Origin: an uncultured Bacilli bacterium
Lineage (GTDB): Bacteria; Bacillota_I; Bacilli_A; RF39; UBA660
Assembly (NCBI GenBank): GCA_934155185.1
Contig: CAKPGT010000002.1
Location: forward strand, 6,887 to 38,886
Reading direction: 5' to 3'
Length of the DNA: 32,000 nt
The notes beneath the pieces are model-generated. The model was given only the letters and a program-made list of their open reading frames with translations, made no database searches and was not told the DNA's origin. This document shows, piece by piece, positions 26,988-32,000 of this stretch (position 1 is the stretch's first letter; each line of letters starts with the position of its first letter). Made by a program: the position numbers and the translations under genes.

Positions 26988-29801
26988 GTGGATAAAATTA
27001 TAGTAAAAGGTGCTAGAGAAAATAATTTAAAAAACGTAGATATAGAAATACCAAAAAATAAATTAACGGTTATGACAGGTGTATCTGGAAGTGGTAAGTC
27101 TTCCCTTGCATTTGATACAATATACGCAGAAGGGCAAAGAAGATATGTAGAAAGCTTATCTTCTTATGCTAGACAATTTTTAGGTGGAACTTCAAAACCA
27201 GATGTGGATTCTATAGAAGGACTTTCTCCTTCTATATCAATAGATCAGAAAACAACTAACAACAACCCAAGATCAACAGTTGGTACTGTAACTGAAATAT
27301 ATGATTATTTTAGACTTTTATTTGCACGTATTGGTGTGCCTTATTGTCCTAACCATGGCATTCCAATATCAAGTCAGTCTATTGAAGAAATGACAACACA
27401 GATAATGAATGAAGAAGATAAAACAAAGCTAATTATTATGTCTCCTGTAGCTTACGGTGAAAAAGGAACGTTTAAAGATTTACTAGATTCTTTAAGAAGG
27501 GACGGATATGTTCGTGTCAAAATAGATGGAGAAGCAAGAGATTTAAGTGAAGAAATTATACTTGATAAAAATAAGAAACATAATATTTTAGTTGTTATAG
27601 ATAGAATTATAAAGAAAGATGAAGCTAGAAGCAGAATATATGAAGCTATTGAACTAGCTTGCAAGTTATCTAAGGGTAAAGCTGTAGTAGAAATCCCTGG
27701 AAGAGATGAAATAGTTATGAGTGAGTCATTTGCATGTCCGCACTGTGATTTTTCGCTAGAGGAATTAGAGCCTAGAATGTTTTCTTTTAATGCTCCGTAT
27801 GGTTCTTGCCCAGATTGCAAGGGACTTGGCTTTAAACAAAAAATAAGTGAGTTATTAATAATTCCTGATAAAGAAAAAACATTAGCAAGAGGCGGAATAG
27901 AACCTCTTTCAGGTATGGATGATCAAAACATATATATAAAAAAATTAGAAATAGTTTGTAATAAATATGGTATAGATATGAATAAGAAAATGAAGGATTT
28001 AACTAAGAAAGAATTAGATATTATTCTTCGTGGTACAAAAGAACCTATAGAATTTAATTTTAAAACAAGAAGTGGAAATGTGATGAATAGCTATGAACCA
28101 TATGAGGGTGTTTTAAATAATTTAGAAAGAAGATATTTTGAAACAAATAGCGAATTTATAAGAGATTGGTTAGGCAAATATATGGTGGAGTTAACTTGCC
28201 CGACTTGTCATGGTAAAAGATTAAAAGAAAGCGTGTTATCTGTACTTATAAACAAGAAAAATATAATTGATTTAACGGATATGAATATAGATAAACTATA
28301 TGACTTTTTTGACAAGCTTAAATTAAGTAAGGAAAAGGAAGAAATAGCAAGACTATTAATTAAGGAAATAAAGTCAAGATTAGAGTTTTTACATAATGTA
28401 GGACTTGGATATTTAACTTTATCTCGCGGTGCTGGAACTTTATCTGGTGGTGAGGCTCAAAGAATAAGATTAGCAACGCAAATAGGTTCTCAGCTAACGG
28501 GTGTACTATACGTTCTTGATGAACCAAGTATTGGTCTTCACCAAAGAGATAATCAAAGATTAATCGACTCACTATTAAAAATGAGAGACTTAGGAAACAC
28601 TTTAATAGTAGTAGAACATGACACTGATACGATGCTTCAGTCTGACTATTTAGTTGATGTTGGCCCTGGAGCAGGAGAGCATGGTGGGAGGATAGTAGCT
28701 TGCGGAACGCCAGAAGAAGTTATGCAAAATACCAATAGTTTAACAGGGGATTATCTAAGCGGTAGAAAAAAGATAGAAGTGCCTAAAACAAGAAGAAAAG
28801 GAAACGGAAAATTTATTGAAATAAAAGGAGCCAAGGAAAACAATTTAAAGAATATAAATGTTAAAATTCCACTAGGCAAACTTGTATTAGTAACTGGAGT
28901 ATCTGGCTCAGGTAAAAGTAGTTTAGTTAACCAGATATTATATAAAGCTTTAGCATTGAATGTGTATGGAAGTAAAGTTATACCTGGAAAACATAGAAGT
29001 ATTAAAGGTATAGAAAACGTAGATAAGGTAATAGATATAACTCAAGACCCAATTGGTAGAACGCCTCGTAGTAATCCTGCAACATATGTCGGTGTATTTG
29101 ATGATATAAGAGATGTCTTTGCACAAACTCGTGAAGCAAAAATAAGAGGTTATGAAAAAGGAAGATTTTCATTTAATGTAAAAGGTGGAAGATGTGAAGC
29201 ATGCTGGGGAGACGGTGTTAAAAAAATATCAATGAATTTCTTGCCTGATGTTTATGTGCCTTGCGAAGTATGTGGTGGAACAAGATTTAATAAAGAAACA
29301 TTAGAGGTTAAATATAAGGGTAAAACCATATATGATGTACTTCAAATGAGGGTTGAAGAAGCAACAGAATTCTTCGAAAATCACCCAAAAATTAAAAGAA
29401 AATTGCAAGTTTTAATGGATGTCGGATTAGGTTATATAAAACTTGGTCAAAGCGCCCCAACTTTATCTGGTGGTGAGGCATCAAGAGTAAAACTTGCAAA
29501 GGAACTACAAAAAAAGCCTACTGGTAAAAGCGTATTTATATTAGATGAGCCAACGACAGGATTACATAGTCACGATATTAAAAAATTGCTAGTAATTTTA
29601 AATAGAATTGTTGATAATGGGGATACTGTAATAGTTATTGAACATAATTTAGATGTTATAAAAGTAGCAGACCATATTATTGATTTAGGACCAGAGGGTG
29701 GAGATTTAGGAGGCACTATCGTATGTGAAGGAACTCCTGAAAAAGTAGCAAAATGTAAAGAATCATATACAGGAATGTATTTAAAAAATGTTTTAAATTA
29801 A
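26988..29801 (+). CDS. uvrA: Excinuclease ABC subunit A
   Basis: 937 aa. Two ABC modules (GVSGSGKSS twice, LSGGEAQR and LSGGEASR) and zinc-finger Cys clusters (CPHC...CPDC, CEAC...CEVC). GTG start. Confidence 0.98.
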   Translation: MDKIIVKGARENNLKNVDIEIPKNKLTVMTGVSGSGKSSLAFDTIYAEGQRRYVESLSSYARQFLGGTSKPDVDSIEGLSPSISIDQKTTNNNPRSTVGTVTEIYDYFRLLFARIGVPYCPNHGIPISSQSIEEMTTQIMNEEDKTKLIIMSPVAYGEKGTFKDLLDSLRRDGYVRVKIDGEARDLSEEIILDKNKKHNILVVIDRIIKKDEARSRIYEAIELACKLSKGKAVVEIPGRDEIVMSESFACPHCDFSLEELEPRMFSFNAPYGSCPDCKGLGFKQKISELLIIPDKEKTLARGGIEPLSGMDDQNIYIKKLEIVCNKYGIDMNKKMKDLTKKELDIILRGTKEPIEFNFKTRSGNVMNSYEPYEGVLNNLERRYFETNSEFIRDWLGKYMVELTCPTCHGKRLKESVLSVLINKKNIIDLTDMNIDKLYDFFDKLKLSKEKEEIARLLIKEIKSRLEFLHNVGLGYLTLSRGAGTLSGGEAQRIRLATQIGSQLTGVLYVLDEPSIGLHQRDNQRLIDSLLKMRDLGNTLIVVEHDTDTMLQSDYLVDVGPGAGEHGGRIVACGTPEEVMQNTNSLTGDYLSGRKKIEVPKTRRKGNGKFIEIKGAKENNLKNINVKIPLGKLVLVTGVSGSGKSSLVNQILYKALALNVYGSKVIPGKHRSIKGIENVDKVIDITQDPIGRTPRSNPATYVGVFDDIRDVFAQTREAKIRGYEKGRFSFNVKGGRCEACWGDGVKKISMNFLPDVYVPCEVCGGTRFNKETLEVKYKGKTIYDVLQMRVEEATEFFENHPKIKRKLQVLMDVGLGYIKLGQSAPTLSGGEASRVKLAKELQKKPTGKSVFILDEPTTGLHSHDIKKLLVILNRIVDNGDTVIVIEHNLDVIKVADHIIDLGPEGGDLGGTIVCEGTPEKVAKCKESYTGMYLKNVLN

Positions 29802-29839
29802 TGCAAAAACGAGGGAAAAAGGAAAAAGTATATAATAAT

Positions 29840-29877
29840 AAAGTAGAGATATAGATTATTTCTACTTTATTTTTTTA
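29840..29877 (+). terminator. Rho-independent terminator of uvrA
   Basis: AAAGTAGA / TCTACTTT stem followed by a T-run of 7 after one A. Confidence 0.65.
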
Positions 29878-29954
29878 TGATTTATTAGTTATTTATGCAT
29901 TAACTTTTATAATTATAGAAATGATAAAATATATACCGAAAGGAGCTGTTATTT

Positions 29955-30368
29955 ATGGTACTTCCAGCTAACATATCATGGACAAAAACTAAGAAAAACG
30001 TTGAAGAAATAATAACTAAGTATGTTTATTATATCCTATCCGTAGATGATAGCTCATCTAATAGTGCAAGTGATAATTTCTTATTAGAAAACATGGAATT
30101 TAAAAGGCCAGATAATCCGTATTATAAAATAGAAATAGATGAGTTAAAAGAAAGAATAGAATTTATTAACTATTTTAGAACAGCATTTAATAGACTTACA
30201 ACTGATGAAAGGAAGATAATATACTGGACATATATAGATAAAGAAAATAATTATGATGATAGATATATTGCTAATAATTTAGGCTTCTCACTTGGATATT
30301 ATTATATTAAAAAGAAAGAAACATTAATAAGATTTTCATACTGTTTAGGTGTAGAAGAAATTGAATGA
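29955..30368 (+). CDS. ArpU-family (sigma-70 region-4-like) phage-type transcriptional regulator
   Basis: 137 aa. The C-terminal LTTDERKIIYWTYID...YIANNLGFSLGYYYIKKKETLIRFSYCLG resembles the ArpU/RinA-type late regulator HTH. Confidence 0.55.
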   Translation: MVLPANISWTKTKKNVEEIITKYVYYILSVDDSSSNSASDNFLLENMEFKRPDNPYYKIEIDELKERIEFINYFRTAFNRLTTDERKIIYWTYIDKENNYDDRYIANNLGFSLGYYYIKKKETLIRFSYCLGVEEIE

Positions 30369-30436
30369 TGAAATGCGACATGCTTCGGCAAAATAAATGA
30401 TTAAAATAATTACAATAATATATAGAGGAGGAAAGT

Positions 30437-30901
30437 ATGAATTTTAAAGTTATAAAATGTAACTATGAAGACGCGTTATCCGCAAATTTACTTTTAACGA
30501 AATTAATATTGGATGAAAAACAATATGATGAAAATATTAATGAGATGTGTGTTGTAAAATCATTATATGAAAAATTTTATGATAATGAAGATATTTGTTT
30601 ATATGCTGCGAAGTATCAGAATAAAATAATAGGGTATATCTATGGATACATACAAAATAATGGTGATGCAAAAAAGAACATTGTATGCACACTTGATGCA
30701 CTATATGTTTTAGAAGAGTATAGAAATAAAGGTGTAGCTACTGAATTAGTTAATACTTTTATAAAATGGTCAAGAAATAAAGGGGCACATTATATAGATT
30801 TGAAAGTGTGCAACTTAAACAAGGAGGCAATAAATCTTTATAAGAAATTTGATTTTCTTGAAACAAAAACAATAATGACTAGAAATATGGAGGAATTATA
30901 A
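30437..30901 (+). CDS. GNAT-family N-acetyltransferase
   Basis: LYVLEEYRNKGVATELV (R/Q-x-x-G-x-A acetyl-CoA site) and NKEAINLYKKFDF are typical of GNAT motifs A and B. Confidence 0.85.
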   Translation: MNFKVIKCNYEDALSANLLLTKLILDEKQYDENINEMCVVKSLYEKFYDNEDICLYAAKYQNKIIGYIYGYIQNNGDAKKNIVCTLDALYVLEEYRNKGVATELVNTFIKWSRNKGAHYIDLKVCNLNKEAINLYKKFDFLETKTIMTRNMEEL

Positions 30902-32000
30902 TGATTTTATCAAAATTTTTTCATTCTAAACAAATAGATGACGATTTATATGCAATATATAATTCACTTGTAATGGACGTAATATATTTAAATAAAAAGC
31001 AATTAGATAACGTGAAAAAGTATAATGTGAAAGAAGAGAATATTGAGCTTTTACAAAATGCAGGTATATATGTTGAAAACTCAAATAAGGATAAAGAAGC
31101 ATTAAGCGTAGTCAAAAAAAGATATGATAACGTTTGCGGAAAAGTAAATATAATGTATTTGATAATGAGCACATCTTGCAATTTGGGATGTAAGTACTGC
31201 TTTATAGAAAACTGTCAGTTTAATAATAAAAAAGAAGCTAATATGAGTGAAAAGACAGCTTTAACAGCTTTGAAAAAATATGATGATTATCTAAAAAAGA
31301 ACAATATCAGAGGCTCCATTATTTTTTATGGTGGAGAGCCCTTGGTAAACTGGAAAGCTATTCAGAAGGTATTGTTAGAAGCTAAAGCAATGAAAAGCCC
31401 CATAGATTTTTCTATGGTTACTAATGCAACTTTGCTAGATGAAGAAAAAATTAAGTTTTTAGCTGCTAATGGGGTGGAAATTGGGATATCAATAGATGGA
31501 CCTAAATCTTTGAATGATAAAAATAGAGTTTATAGAAATAGTAAAAAAAGCGTATATGACGAAGTTATAGAAAAATTTCCTATGCTTAAAGCACATGAAA
31601 CAAAATTTGGACTTTCTATTACAGTTTCTAATGATTTTTTAGATAATCAAGATGAGGTTTTGGACTGGCTTTTAAAGTTGAATGTGAAAAGTGTATTCTA
31701 TAATTTATATCATTACACTAGTTATGATGATAATTGGGAGGACTATTATAAAAGGGCGTGTGACTTTCTTATAAAATCTTACAAAAAATTATCAAAGAAA
31801 AACATATATGATGGACGTTTAATTAGAAAAATTGAAAGTTTCTATGATAATGAATTTAAGTTTTCAGATTGCGGTGCAATAGGTGCAAATCAGCTTGCTA
31901 TAAAGCCAAGCGGTGACGTATGTATTTGTCATGGATATTTGAAAACTGATAAGTATGTTATTGGAAATATAAATAACGTTTCTATAGAAACAATAATGAG
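30901..32000 (+). CDS. Radical SAM/SPASM-domain peptide-modifying maturase (3' end beyond window)
   Basis: Not in the ORF track because no stop is reached. ATG 30901 (TAATG overlap with the GNAT stop) after GGAGG. CNLGCKYC (C-x3-C-x2-C), GGEPL, and the start of a SPASM region (FSDCGAIGANQLAIKPSGDVCICHG). The first roughly 90 aa could be a peptide-recognition (RRE-like) domain. Confidence 0.85.
   Translation, partial: MILSKFFHSKQIDDDLYAIYNSLVMDVIYLNKKQLDNVKKYNVKEENIELLQNAGIYVENSNKDKEALSVVKKRYDNVCGKVNIMYLIMSTSCNLGCKYCFIENCQFNNKKEANMSEKTALTALKKYDDYLKKNNIRGSIIFYGGEPLVNWKAIQKVLLEAKAMKSPIDFSMVTNATLLDEEKIKFLAANGVEIGISIDGPKSLNDKNRVYRNSKKSVYDEVIEKFPMLKAHETKFGLSITVSNDFLDNQDEVLDWLLKLNVKSVFYNLYHYTSYDDNWEDYYKRACDFLIKSYKKLSKKNIYDGRLIRKIESFYDNEFKFSDCGAIGANQLAIKPSGDVCICHGYLKTDKYVIGNINNVSIETIM

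Noticed and set aside
30365-30400. 11-codon ORF MMKCDMLRQNK between the ArpU-like and GNAT genes as a RiPP precursor
   Set aside because: It has no RBS, overlaps the upstream stop codon and has a single Cys. That is too little evidence, and a precursor is more likely downstream of the maturase.
9067-31181. Other minus-strand track ORFs: 9067-9267, 9688-9897, 11323-11514, 12724-13089, 15405-15779, 16486-16833, 20506-20844, 23634-23828, 26462-26749, 27452-27820, 28360-28572, 30921-31181
   Set aside because: All lie antisense inside well-supported plus-strand genes and show no recognisable motifs. ORF 30921-31181 lies within the radical SAM gene, which the track omits only because it lacks a stop.
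1-32000. CRISPR arrays, rRNA or tRNA genes, IS elements with terminal inverted repeats
   Set aside because: I saw no regularly spaced repeats, no tRNA-like or rRNA-like GC-rich structured segments, and no transposase ORFs while reading through the window.

Overview
Very AT-rich, low-GC Firmicutes-type chromosome segment, almost entirely plus-strand coding. The conserved backbone is csp, hpf-secA, prfB (with its programmed +1 frameshift), a YitT-family gene, ftsE-ftsX-M23 peptidase and uvrB-uvrA. The usual secA-prfB adjacency is broken by about 12.3 kb of accessory DNA. Three direct copies of the last 24 nt of secA (4963, 7465, 10241) delimit two small tandem integrative islets. Each islet starts with a decayed tyrosine-integrase N-terminal fragment. 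Islet A (4987-7488) carries an HTH-WYL regulator and a 307-aa protein of unknown function with faint SIS-like motifs; this pair is my best candidate for an undescribed defence or sensor module. Islet B (7489-10264) carries a frameshifted orphan Rhs C-terminal toxin cassette and a putative immunity gene. That immunity gene has a full-length paralogue at 22137-22784, just after the ftsEX-M23 operon. From 10265 to 17320 there are holin-like and RhuM-like remnants, an acyltransferase, a hybrid histidine kinase lacking the phospho-acceptor His, a NUDIX hydrolase, an ABC exporter and a frameshifted EamA transporter. The left edge has an agrBD quorum-sensing pair with no agrCA in view; agrD is absent from the ORF track. 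The right edge has ArpU-like regulator, GNAT and radical SAM/SPASM maturase genes, and the maturase runs off the window. No rRNA, tRNA or CRISPR array was seen. All functional calls come from reading motifs by eye; no database search was run.
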